64,000 nt of DNA, from the NCBI GenBank assembly GCA_024408105.1, contig JAKSVG010000001.1:50854-114853 (forward strand), given 5' to 3'. Position numbers and translations under genes: made by a program. Shown here one piece after another: positions 27,812 through 36,452 of the stretch. This DNA comes from Bacilli bacterium (GTDB lineage Bacteria > Bacillota_I > Bacilli_A > RFN20 > CAG-826). A model generated the notes under the pieces. It was not told where the DNA came from. It searched no databases and saw nothing but the letters and a program-made list of their open reading frames with translations. Positions within the stretch are counted from its first letter, which is position 1. Every line of letters begins with the position of its first letter.

Positions 27812-28033
27812 TTATTGATTTCGCTTCATTGAATTCATGACAGCTTTGATTTGTGCTTCAGATGGTTTGCGACCCATTTGCATAAACATTGCTCTTATCA
27901 TGTTTTCGTTTATTGGTGGATTTTTTTGGAGTTGTCTTTTGAGAAACCATCTCGTGACAATAAATCCGATTATCAATCCTCCAACCAAACAGCCGATTAG
28001 GGCAGCGACAAATACTCCTACTTCAATATTCAT
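27812..28033 (-). CDS. UPF0154 family membrane protein (YneF-like)
   Basis: 73 aa with a single N-terminal TM and the conserved KNPPINENMIRAMFMQMGRKPSEAQI segment typical of YneF/UPF0154. Confidence 0.85.
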   Translation of the reverse strand: MNIEVGVFVAALIGCLVGGLIIGFIVTRWFLKRQLQKNPPINENMIRAMFMQMGRKPSEAQIKAVMNSMKRNQ

Positions 28034-28041
28034 ATAATCAC

Positions 28042-28599
28042 CTATGCACGGCCGTCATATATGCCTGTATCTGTGCGAACAAGTATAGTTTCACCGTTTT
28101 CAATGAATAATGGAACTTTAACTTGGAATCCTGTTTCTACAGTAGCTAATTTCATTGCTTTATTGACTGTATCTCCACGAACTCCTGGCTCACAATCAGT
28201 AATCTTGAGTGCTACACTTGTAGGAAGTGTGATACCTAAGATTTCCTCTTCAAAGAAGAGAATGTCAATTTCTGCATTTGATACAAGGAAATTTTGTTCC
28301 CACTCAAGTCTTGATTTTGCAATCTCAATTTGTTCATATGTTGTGTTGTCCATAAAGACAAGAGTTTCACCAGCATCATATAAATAAGCCATTTTCTTTT
28401 TATCTAATACGGCTTTTTCAACATCATATCCACTATTTCTAGCAAGTTCTGTGATTGCGCCTGTGCGCATATTCTTAGCTTTAACTTTTGCAACCATTTT
28501 TCTCATGGCTGTTTTATTAAGAAGAATATCCATAACTTGATAAAGATTGCCTTCATCAATGAAATAGTTTCCTGGTCTTAATTCAGTAACGTTCATCAT
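28042..28599 (-). CDS. efp: elongation factor P
   Basis: 185 aa with LRPGNYFIDEGNLYQV and KVKAKNMRTG in a three-domain EF-P pattern. Confidence 0.95.
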   Translation of the reverse strand: MMNVTELRPGNYFIDEGNLYQVMDILLNKTAMRKMVAKVKAKNMRTGAITELARNSGYDVEKAVLDKKKMAYLYDAGETLVFMDNTTYEQIEIAKSRLEWEQNFLVSNAEIDILFFEEEILGITLPTSVALKITDCEPGVRGDTVNKAMKLATVETGFQVKVPLFIENGETILVRTDTGIYDGRA

Positions 28600-28634
28600 T
28601 AAATCCTCCTAATGTAAAAATATTATACTTATTT

Positions 28635-29252
28635 TTATATATTCCGCAAATACGGATTATATTTTGATTCTCTTTCAATCGTCGTGTTTGGCCCGTGCCC
28701 AGGGAAAACTTTTGTTTCTTTTGATAAAATCAAAAGTTTTCTCAAACTCGATTCAATTGTTCTACTGGATCCGCTAGGCAAATCAGTTCTTCCGATTGAA
28801 GACATAAATAATGTGTCGCCTGAAAATAGCACATTTTCTTGTTTAATATAAAAACACGAACTACCAATCGTGTGAAAAGGCGTATGAATCATTGTAATTT
28901 CATAGCCGCCCGCTTTAAATTGCTCGTTGTCGCATAAAATAACTACGTTTTTTGGAACATAAGTTAAACTATTTCTTAAATTATATTTTGGATCACCAAT
29001 TTCAATTAATGTATGATCCGAACAATAAATTTGTGCATTTGGAAACATAGAACAAATATCTTCTAATGCTCCAATATGGTCAAAATGACCATGAGTTATT
29101 AAAATTGCTGTTATCGTTAAACCAAGCTTTTTAATATGCTCAATTAAACAATTTCCGCCATTATATCCAGGGTCTACGATAAGCGCATTATTCTTATCTT
29201 TGTATAAAAAATAAGTGTTACAACCAAGTGCTTTTTCGTATTTATCTAACAT
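28635..29252 (-). CDS. MBL-fold metallo-hydrolase (YqgX/glyoxalase II-like)
   Basis: THGHFDH metal-binding motif. The N-terminus from ATG 29252 (MLDKYEKALGCNTYFLY) matches the usual beta-lactamase-fold start. The longer ORF-track version would overlap rpmG. Confidence 0.85.
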   Translation of the reverse strand: MLDKYEKALGCNTYFLYKDKNNALIVDPGYNGGNCLIEHIKKLGLTITAILITHGHFDHIGALEDICSMFPNAQIYCSDHTLIEIGDPKYNLRNSLTYVPKNVVILCDNEQFKAGGYEITMIHTPFHTIGSSCFYIKQENVLFSGDTLFMSSIGRTDLPSGSSRTIESSLRKLLILSKETKVFPGHGPNTTIERESKYNPYLRNI

Positions 29253-29275
29253 ATAAAAAAGAAGGATTATAAATC

Positions 29276-29425
29276 CTACTTTTTCTCCTTGTGCAATGTT
29301 TGCTTTTTGCATCTTTTGCAGTATTTTTTTGTTTCTAATCTGTCTGGATGCTCTTTTTTATTTTTTGTTGTAATGTAATTCTCTTCACCACAAACAGTGC
29401 ATTTCAATGTAATGTTGTCGCGCAT
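29276..29425 (-). CDS. rpmG: 50S ribosomal protein L33
   Basis: Absent from the ORF track (49 aa). My translation is [49 protein letters not shown]. It has the L33 zinc-ribbon pattern, with a GGAGAA SD upstream. Confidence 0.92.
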   Translation of the reverse strand: MRDNITLKCTVCGEENYITTKNKKEHPDRLETKKYCKRCKKQTLHKEKK

Positions 29426-29501
29426 AAGGTTCTCCTTTTATTTTCGCAAGTAGAATAATAGCACATTCAAAAAAAGATATCTACAAGATATTTTTATACT
29501 A

Positions 29502-29507
29502 TATAAT
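29502..29507 (+). promoter_or_regulatory. -10 box (TATAAT) 6 nt upstream of the ispG ATG
   Basis: TATAAT-gaaagc-ATG, with no SD at a functional distance. Confidence 0.55.
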
Positions 29508-29513
29508 GAAAGC

Positions 29514-30581
29514 ATGAAAAACAAATTGCCAAGAGAAAAAACAAAACGAATTCAGATCGGAAACACTTTCATTGGTGGAACCAATAATGTATTAATCCAA
29601 TCCATGTGTAATATTAAGACGGAAAGATATAAAGAAGTTGCTGATCAAATCAATCGTTGCGAAAAATTAGGAGCGGATTTGATGCGCGTTTCTGTTTTAG
29701 ATGAAAAAGATGCTGAAGCAATCAAAGAAATAAAGAAATTGATAAATATCCCTTTGATAGCTGATATTCATTTCGATTATCGCTTGGCGATAAAATCAAT
29801 TGAATCAGGAGCAGATGCTGTTAGATTAAATCCCGGAAATATCGGTTCTAAGGAAAACATAGAAAAAGTAGTCTCATTATGTAAACAAAAACATATACCT
29901 ATTAGAATTGGAGTTAATTCTGGATCAATAGATAAAGAAATAAATAATTCAACAAAATCAGTTCGCTCAAATGAGTTAAATGAATCAGCTAAAAGAACAG
30001 TTAAAATTTTAGAAGATTTAGAATTTTATGATATTGTAATATCATTAAAAGGGAGTCATGTACTAGAGACTGTTGAGGCATATAGACTCGCAAAAGACGC
30101 ATTTAACTATCCTTTGCACCTCGGAATAACAGAGGCTGGGCCAAAGGATATCGGTCTAGTTAGAAGCGTCGCCGGCTTAGCTCCTATCTTGTTAGAAGGA
30201 ATAGGTGATACAATTCGCATTTCATTGAGCGATGAGCCAGAAGAGGAAGTTAGGGCGTGTAGGAGATTACTAAAAGATCTAGAAATTAGAACTGATTATC
30301 CAACGTTGATTTCTTGTCCAACATGTGGAAGAACGCAAGTTAATTTGGTTCCTCTTGCAGAGCAAGTATTGAATTTTTTAGAAGAAAATAAAATTAATTT
30401 AACTGTTGCGATAATGGGTTGCATAGTCAATGGACCAGGAGAAGCCAAACGTGCAGATATTGGCTGTGCAGGAGGCAAGGGTCAATGGGTTATTTTCAAA
30501 AAAGACAAGATATTAAAAACTGTTCTTGAAAAGGATATCTACAAAGAATTAACATCTGAAATATTAAAAATGAAGTCTTAA
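29514..30581 (+). CDS. ispG: 4-hydroxy-3-methylbut-2-en-1-yl diphosphate synthase
   Basis: Motifs VLIQSMCN, RLNPGNIG, CPTCGRT and GCIVNGPGE. Confidence 0.95.
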   Translation: MKNKLPREKTKRIQIGNTFIGGTNNVLIQSMCNIKTERYKEVADQINRCEKLGADLMRVSVLDEKDAEAIKEIKKLINIPLIADIHFDYRLAIKSIESGADAVRLNPGNIGSKENIEKVVSLCKQKHIPIRIGVNSGSIDKEINNSTKSVRSNELNESAKRTVKILEDLEFYDIVISLKGSHVLETVEAYRLAKDAFNYPLHLGITEAGPKDIGLVRSVAGLAPILLEGIGDTIRISLSDEPEEEVRACRRLLKDLEIRTDYPTLISCPTCGRTQVNLVPLAEQVLNFLEENKINLTVAIMGCIVNGPGEAKRADIGCAGGKGQWVIFKKDKILKTVLEKDIYKELTSEILKMKS

Positions 30582-30598
30582 AGACTTCTTTTTATTTT
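30566..30598. terminator. bidirectional terminator shared by the convergent ispG and nfo genes
   Basis: 7-bp palindromic stem GAAGTCT/AGACTTC containing the ispG stop codon. A T5-A-T4 run follows on the + strand and a T5 run on the - strand. Confidence 0.75.
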
Positions 30599-31467
30599 CT
30601 CCAGTCAGCTTCGAATTTATTATTTAAAAGCATTTCGATTTCTTTTTTATATGGAGGTTTGCCATCATAATATGGAGTTTCAAGAATTTTTGGGATATTA
30701 ATTAACCGAGGATCATGAACGTATTTGGCAAGCGCTTCAAATCCTATTTCTCCATATCCAATATTTTCATGTCTGTCTTTATGCGACCCCATTGGATTCT
30801 TTGAATCATTAATGTGAATGCATAATAGATACTTTAAACCAACAATTTCATCAAACGATTTCAAAACATTATCAATATCATTGATATCTAGGCCCTCATC
30901 ATTCACGTGACAGGTATCTAAACACACTCCAACACGTTCAGGATTACGAACGTGAGTAATAATATAATGAAGCTGATCAAATGATGAACCCATTTCACCG
31001 CCTTTGCCTGCCATAGTTTCAAGAGCAATTTTAACTTCTGTACCATCTTTGGAAAAAACTTCATCCAAAGCCTTTACAATAGAATCTAGGCCGTTTTCAA
31101 CACCAGTGCCAACATGACTGCCTGGATGAAGAACAAGTATTTTTAAGCCAAAATCTTGAACACGTTTAAGTTCTTTTACCAAATTATCTTTAGATATTTG
31201 GTATAATGATTCATTTAACTGATTGGCAATGTTTAAAATATATGGAGCATGAACAACAATTTTATCTTCATTTAGCCCCGCTTCTTTAATAAGTTTTCTG
31301 CCTTCAGCAATTTTTAGTTTATCTGTTGGTATTCTAAAGGAGTTTTGTGGAGCACCTGTGTAAAACATAAAAGTAGATGAACCATAGGTTAAAGCTTCTT
31401 TAACAGAGCCAATATAATAATCGGGTCCAGACATCGATACATGTGAACCAATATAAATCTTATCCAT
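30592..31467 (-). CDS. nfo: endonuclease IV
   Basis: Motifs IGSHVS, VLHPGSH, LETMAGKG, CLDTCH and IHINDSKN. Confidence 0.95.
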   Translation of the reverse strand: MDKIYIGSHVSMSGPDYYIGSVKEALTYGSSTFMFYTGAPQNSFRIPTDKLKIAEGRKLIKEAGLNEDKIVVHAPYILNIANQLNESLYQISKDNLVKELKRVQDFGLKILVLHPGSHVGTGVENGLDSIVKALDEVFSKDGTEVKIALETMAGKGGEMGSSFDQLHYIITHVRNPERVGVCLDTCHVNDEGLDINDIDNVLKSFDEIVGLKYLLCIHINDSKNPMGSHKDRHENIGYGEIGFEALAKYVHDPRLINIPKILETPYYDGKPPYKKEIEMLLNNKFEADWRK

Positions 31468-32821
31468 TATTGCGACCTTCTTTTTTATAACGTTCGACTC
31501 TTTGACGACGAATATCTTTTTTTATAATCTCACGTCTATGTTTTTGCTTAGCTTTTTCGATAGCTTGTTTCTGTTTCTTTTTATAACCAGGTTTAACTTT
31601 TTTATTTTTAGTTGATGATTGATTGCTTATTCTTTTAATTTCTTTTGCAAGCTCAGGATCGATATGTTTTTTGCTAGGATGAGTTCTTTCGATCGGCTTT
31701 CCGCTAACGAGTTCGCCTTCCTTTAAAGCGAGATATTCAAAAGAGAGTCCATTAGAAATTAATGCTAATGGTTTTCTCGTGGAATCATTATTATAAAATG
31801 TAAAACATTTTCCTTTTTTATCAAAACGACCCGTACGGCCCGCTCTATGATAATAAAATTCAAGATTATTAGGTAAATCAATATTCAAAACCTCGGTTAC
31901 GTTAGGAATATCTAAACCACGCGCAGCCATATCGGAGCAAACCAAAATAAAAATCTTGTCATTTTGGAGTTGCTTCATAACATTTTTGCGTTCTCTAGAA
32001 GATAAATCTCCAGTCAATAAACCAGCCTTATAGCCATTAAGTTTTAAAAATTTATAAACCGAATTCGCTGTTTCTTTTTTAGAAGCAAAAATAAGGAGCA
32101 AATAAGGATTAACAGCATCGATAAATTGCTTTGTCGCATTGTTAATGTCAATATGCTTAATGTCTACCATATAATGAGTGACATTACTTGATGTCATGAC
32201 CTCTTCATTAACAATAGGAGTATTTGGCCCAACGTATTTTTCTAATTGGTGGGCTAAATTTGCTTCAAGAGTTGCACTAAAAACTAAAAATTGTGGATTT
32301 TTTATTTGCAAAACAAATTTGTCTATTTCTTCAAAATATCCTTCTGATAAAAGCATGTCAGCTTCATCAAAGACAATAGTTTTCACATTATTTAATAATG
32401 TAGAATGTTTTTGAGCTAAAACTTCAGACAATCTTCCCGGTGTTCCAATTAAGATATGTGGAGAAATAGATAAGCCTTTCATGGAGTTTTCAATTTCTTC
32501 GCCAGATTTTAATAAACGAATTTTTAACCTGCGGAATTCATCAGCAAATGGAATTGCAAAATTATAAATTTGTTGTGCTAATTCTCTTGTAGGAGCAATT
32601 ATAATTGCTTGTGTTTCTTGCTTGCTTAAATTGATTGAATCAATAATTGGGATTAAAAAGCATAATGTTTTCCCGCTTCCTGTAGAAGATTGAACCATTA
32701 ATGTTTCGCCTCTAAGTGCCTTTGGAATAGTTCTTAATTGAATTTGAGATGGCTCAAAATATTTCTGACGATTCAGAGATTTAATCATTGATTCGGATAA
32801 ATTTATCGCTTTAAAAGACAT
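31460..32821 (-). CDS. DEAD-box ATP-dependent RNA helicase with a basic C-terminal tail
   Basis: Q motif (PSQIQ), TGSGKT, DEAD, SAT and HRAGRTGR, plus a Lys/Arg-rich C-terminus. The ATG at 32821 is preceded by GGTGA. Confidence 0.92.
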   Translation of the reverse strand: MSFKAINLSESMIKSLNRQKYFEPSQIQLRTIPKALRGETLMVQSSTGSGKTLCFLIPIIDSINLSKQETQAIIIAPTRELAQQIYNFAIPFADEFRRLKIRLLKSGEEIENSMKGLSISPHILIGTPGRLSEVLAQKHSTLLNNVKTIVFDEADMLLSEGYFEEIDKFVLQIKNPQFLVFSATLEANLAHQLEKYVGPNTPIVNEEVMTSSNVTHYMVDIKHIDINNATKQFIDAVNPYLLLIFASKKETANSVYKFLKLNGYKAGLLTGDLSSRERKNVMKQLQNDKIFILVCSDMAARGLDIPNVTEVLNIDLPNNLEFYYHRAGRTGRFDKKGKCFTFYNNDSTRKPLALISNGLSFEYLALKEGELVSGKPIERTHPSKKHIDPELAKEIKRISNQSSTKNKKVKPGYKKKQKQAIEKAKQKHRREIIKKDIRRQRVERYKKEGRNNG

Positions 32822-32861
32822 ATTTTCACCGCGATTTATTATACACGAAATATTACACACG

Positions 32862-32870
32862 TGTTATTAT
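32862..32870 (+). promoter_or_regulatory. extended -10 box (TGtTATTAT) 6 nt upstream of the ispH ATG
   Basis: TGTTATTAT-gaagac-ATG, with no SD. Confidence 0.55.
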
Positions 32871-32876
32871 GAAGAC

Positions 32877-33740
32877 ATGAAAATTGAGATTTTAGAACCA
32901 AGTGGGTACTGTTCAGGCGTAAATCGCGCTATAGAACTTGCCATAAGCGCAAGAAAAGAAAATCCTTTAAAAAGGATTTGTGTCTTAGGAAAATTAGTTC
33001 ACAATAACGACGCTTTGCAAGAACTTAGTAAAATGAATATAGAAACATTGGATAATGATATGTCTGTTGTTGATAGTCTGTCAGATGATACAATCGTAAT
33101 ATTAACTGCCCATGGCCACGACAAAAATATTGAAAATATTTTGAATAAAAAGAATATTAAGTTTATTGATGCAACGTGTCCTTTTGTGAAACAAGCATTA
33201 AGAATTATTACAAATGCAATAAACACTAATAAAGAAGTTATTTATATTGGAAAGAAAAATCACCCTGAAGCAAACGCAGCATTGTCCATTTCAAACAAAG
33301 TACATTTGATTGATATTAATGAAAAATTCGACCCGTCTATTACAAACGACAAAAATCCATTAGTTATTTCCCAAACCACTTTTAGTGATTTAGAAGTCAA
33401 TGCTTTGAATAAAGAAATTAAGAATTGTATTCCTAATGCAACAATTCATAATGGGGTATGTAATGCTTCAACATCAAGGCAAAAAGCTTTGCTTTCATTA
33501 CCAAAAGATGTTGAATTGATTTATGTGGTCGGTGGGAAGAACTCAAATAACACAAAAACATTATTTAATTTAGCAAAAAAGAATTTTCCAAATTCAAAAG
33601 TATTAATGATTGAAAATAAAAATGAAATTAATAAAAAAGACCTTAAAGGTCTTAATTATATCGCAATATCTTCGGGAGCATCTACTCCGTTATCAATTGT
33701 TTCTGAAATAAAATCGTATATTGAATTACTCGGTAATTAA
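32877..33740 (+). CDS. ispH: 4-hydroxy-3-methylbut-2-enyl diphosphate reductase
   Basis: Motifs GYCSGVNRAI, TAHGH, ATCPFV, SQTT and VCNAS. Confidence 0.95.
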   Translation: MKIEILEPSGYCSGVNRAIELAISARKENPLKRICVLGKLVHNNDALQELSKMNIETLDNDMSVVDSLSDDTIVILTAHGHDKNIENILNKKNIKFIDATCPFVKQALRIITNAINTNKEVIYIGKKNHPEANAALSISNKVHLIDINEKFDPSITNDKNPLVISQTTFSDLEVNALNKEIKNCIPNATIHNGVCNASTSRQKALLSLPKDVELIYVVGGKNSNNTKTLFNLAKKNFPNSKVLMIENKNEINKKDLKGLNYIAISSGASTPLSIVSEIKSYIELLGN

Positions 33741-34502
33741 TTCAGGAAGATTTTCGTGATTAATTATTGTAACTTGAATATCTGGATCAATTTCTCTAAG
33801 TATTTTTTTCATTTGTGGCATAAAAATTCTTTCAACTTCGTGAGAGACATCTAAATAGTTGAATTTATTTGATATAACGTCCCGACGAATATGATGAGGT
33901 GTGTCGCCACTAATATAAATATCATATCCTTCAAGCATAGCATTCACATATTTATATGAACCGCCACCACCGATAATAGCGACTTTTTTAATCATATCTT
34001 TTCCGCCATGAACAAGATGCGAATATTCAATAGATAAACATTTATTTGCATATTTTGCAAATTCGTGAATTTCCATTGCTTCTTTTAATTCACCACCACG
34101 AGCCATCTTGCATGTTTCTAATTGAACAATATTTTGAAGTCCTAAAGCTTCAGCTAATGCATCGTTCATTCCATCTTTGCCCGTGTCAAAATTTGTATGC
34201 ATGCTATATACAGGGATGCCTAAATTATCAATCCTTTCACACAAATCCTTTTTTATCTCATCGTGTTTAAAAACACGATATTTTGTGCCGTAAATAAATG
34301 GATGGTGTGTCAAAATTAAGTCCGGTTTAATGCCTAATTTCTTGATTTCATCAAGAGCGACATCATCAAAATCAAGGCATAGAACAATTGACTTTATATC
34401 TTCTGGCAATTTTCCTGTCATTAAGCCAACATGATCGCCTGGAGTTTTTATTGACTTTGGGAATCTTTTTGCCAAAGTCCTAAGTAGTTTTATTGAATTC
34501 AT
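33726..34502 (-). CDS. Nif3-like dinuclear metal centre protein (GTP cyclohydrolase 1 type 2 family)
   Basis: Motifs LTHHPFIY and MHTNFD. Conserved sigA-trmK-nif3 order. Confidence 0.88.
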   Translation of the reverse strand: MNSIKLLRTLAKRFPKSIKTPGDHVGLMTGKLPEDIKSIVLCLDFDDVALDEIKKLGIKPDLILTHHPFIYGTKYRVFKHDEIKKDLCERIDNLGIPVYSMHTNFDTGKDGMNDALAEALGLQNIVQLETCKMARGGELKEAMEIHEFAKYANKCLSIEYSHLVHGGKDMIKKVAIIGGGGSYKYVNAMLEGYDIYISGDTPHHIRRDVISNKFNYLDVSHEVERIFMPQMKKILREIDPDIQVTIINHENLPELITE

Positions 34503-35149
34503 AGTGATTCCAACCTTTCAATTTTTGATTCCAGTTTTTTTATTTGATCTGGTTTGATAATTTTTGCTTTCTTTTGTTTTATTAAGTTCAAACTTAGCCT
34601 TTTAATTTCTTGAGTTTTAAATTCTTGAAATAATGGGTCGCGAGATATTTGATAGCCAAATTCTATCTCAATATCTTTGTATGAGGAATTGCCTTTCACA
34701 AAAGATATTATAAAATAATATTTGCCGTTCTCTTGAATGATTTTTTCTCTTTCAATGCAATAACCAATTCTTGTTATTTCTCGCCTCACCAACTCAACAT
34801 CTTTATGAGCATCTATAACGATTTGACTTATGTAATTTAATTTTTGGATAAATCTAGTAAGAATATCTACAATAGCGAATCCACCCATACCGGCGATGAC
34901 TATCGTGTCGCAAGAATCATCCAAATCTTCGATTCCATCGCTTAACAAAACTGTTGCTTTATAGTCTTTTAGACTATTTTTTAAAATTTTATATGGTCCT
35001 TCTTTATTTTCAACCGCTACGATGTTTCTAACTAAAGAATTGTCCAATAGATACTTTTCTAATAAGCCGTGATCAGCACCGACATCAAAAACGCTCGCAT
35101 CTTTATGGATAAAATTTGCAATTGTTATAAGTCGATTTGATAACGACAT
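34499..35149 (-). CDS. trmK: tRNA (adenine22-N1)-methyltransferase TrmK
   Basis: SAM-binding motif FDVGADHG and IAGMGG. It lies immediately downstream of sigA, as yqfN/trmK does in Bacillus. Confidence 0.85.
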   Translation of the reverse strand: MSLSNRLITIANFIHKDASVFDVGADHGLLEKYLLDNSLVRNIVAVENKEGPYKILKNSLKDYKATVLLSDGIEDLDDSCDTIVIAGMGGFAIVDILTRFIQKLNYISQIVIDAHKDVELVRREITRIGYCIEREKIIQENGKYYFIISFVKGNSSYKDIEIEFGYQISRDPLFQEFKTQEIKRLSLNLIKQKKAKIIKPDQIKKLESKIERLESL

Positions 35150-36424
35150 TTACACTACCTCGTGATAGTCTCCTAGTTTTTTGAGTTTACTTTTCTTTCT
35201 TAACGTTCGGATAGCTTTTGCTTCAATCTGTCTAATACGTTCACGAGTAACGCCAAACTCTTTGCCAACTTCTTCAAGTGTTCTTGGGTGATTATCATCA
35301 AGGCCATATCTTCTACGAAGAACCTTTTCTTCACGTTCTGTCAAACTCTCAGCCATAACATCATAAAGTTCTTGTTTAAGAAGTGACTTAGTTGTGTATT
35401 CACTAGGCGATAATGTTTCTTTATCTTCAACAAAGTCCGATAACCTTGAATCATCTTCTTCACCAATTGGTGTTTCTAGAGAAACAGGTTCTTGATTCAC
35501 ACGTTGAATTTCTCTAATTCGATCAGCAGACAAAGCGCCTTGAAGTTTATCAGATATTTCCTCAGCTGTTGGATCACGTCCCAATTCTTGGACTAATTCG
35601 CGTTGAGCTCTTGTAATCTTATTAATTGTTTCCACCATGTGAACAGGAATGCGAATTGTGCGAGCTTGGTCGGCGATAGCGCGCGTAATTGCTTGCCTAA
35701 TCCACCATGTTGCATACGTAGAAAATTTAAATCCTTTTTGGTAATCAAATTTTTCAACTGCTTTAATAAGACCCATATTTCCTTCTTGTATCAAATCAAG
35801 GAATGGCATTCCCCTACCAGCATAACGTTTAGCAATGGAAATAACTAAACGAAGGTTTGCATTGATGAGTTGCTGCTTTGCGTCTTCATCACCAGCAACA
35901 ATTCTTTGAGCTAATTCTTGTTCTTGCTTTGCATTTAATAATGGGACTTTTCCTATTTCTTTAAGATAAATCTTAACAGAGTCATTAACTTTAACATCTC
36001 CGGTAACCAATTTACTTAAATCATTTAATTCTTGTTCAGATGGGACATCAGAATCTCCTATATCTAAATCGTCATCCAATAAATCGTCTTCTGCATCTTC
36101 ACTGAATTCTAGTTCGTCAATATCACCATCAGGATTATCAGTTAAAACGTTGACACCGTTTTTTCTGAAGAACTCTAAGAGTCCATCCATCGATCCATCA
36201 TCCATATCAAGGTGTTGAATTGCGTCAAAAATCTCGGATTGTTCAATCTCGTTTCCGTTATTCTTTGATTGTTTTAATAAGCGTTTCTTAATCTGTTCAA
36301 GATCTTCGATTTCATTTTCGTTGTCATCAAATTCGTCTTTGGCAGCTTTCGCTTTAGTTGGTTTTTTCGCTTTTTTAGCGCTTTTAGCAGCCTTTTCTGC
36401 GGGTTTTTTAGCTTTTGCTGGCAT
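35150..36424 (-). CDS. sigA: primary RNA polymerase sigma factor SigA/RpoD, with a Lys/Ala-rich N-terminal extension
   Basis: Region 2 ([48 protein letters not shown]) and region 4 ([28 protein letters not shown]). Confidence 0.97.
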   Translation of the reverse strand: MPAKAKKPAEKAAKSAKKAKKPTKAKAAKDEFDDNENEIEDLEQIKKRLLKQSKNNGNEIEQSEIFDAIQHLDMDDGSMDGLLEFFRKNGVNVLTDNPDGDIDELEFSEDAEDDLLDDDLDIGDSDVPSEQELNDLSKLVTGDVKVNDSVKIYLKEIGKVPLLNAKQEQELAQRIVAGDEDAKQQLINANLRLVISIAKRYAGRGMPFLDLIQEGNMGLIKAVEKFDYQKGFKFSTYATWWIRQAITRAIADQARTIRIPVHMVETINKITRAQRELVQELGRDPTAEEISDKLQGALSADRIREIQRVNQEPVSLETPIGEEDDSRLSDFVEDKETLSPSEYTTKSLLKQELYDVMAESLTEREEKVLRRRYGLDDNHPRTLEEVGKEFGVTRERIRQIEAKAIRTLRKKSKLKKLGDYHEVV

Positions 36425-36452
36425 AATTCCTAGTCCTTCTTTCTAACGAGTC

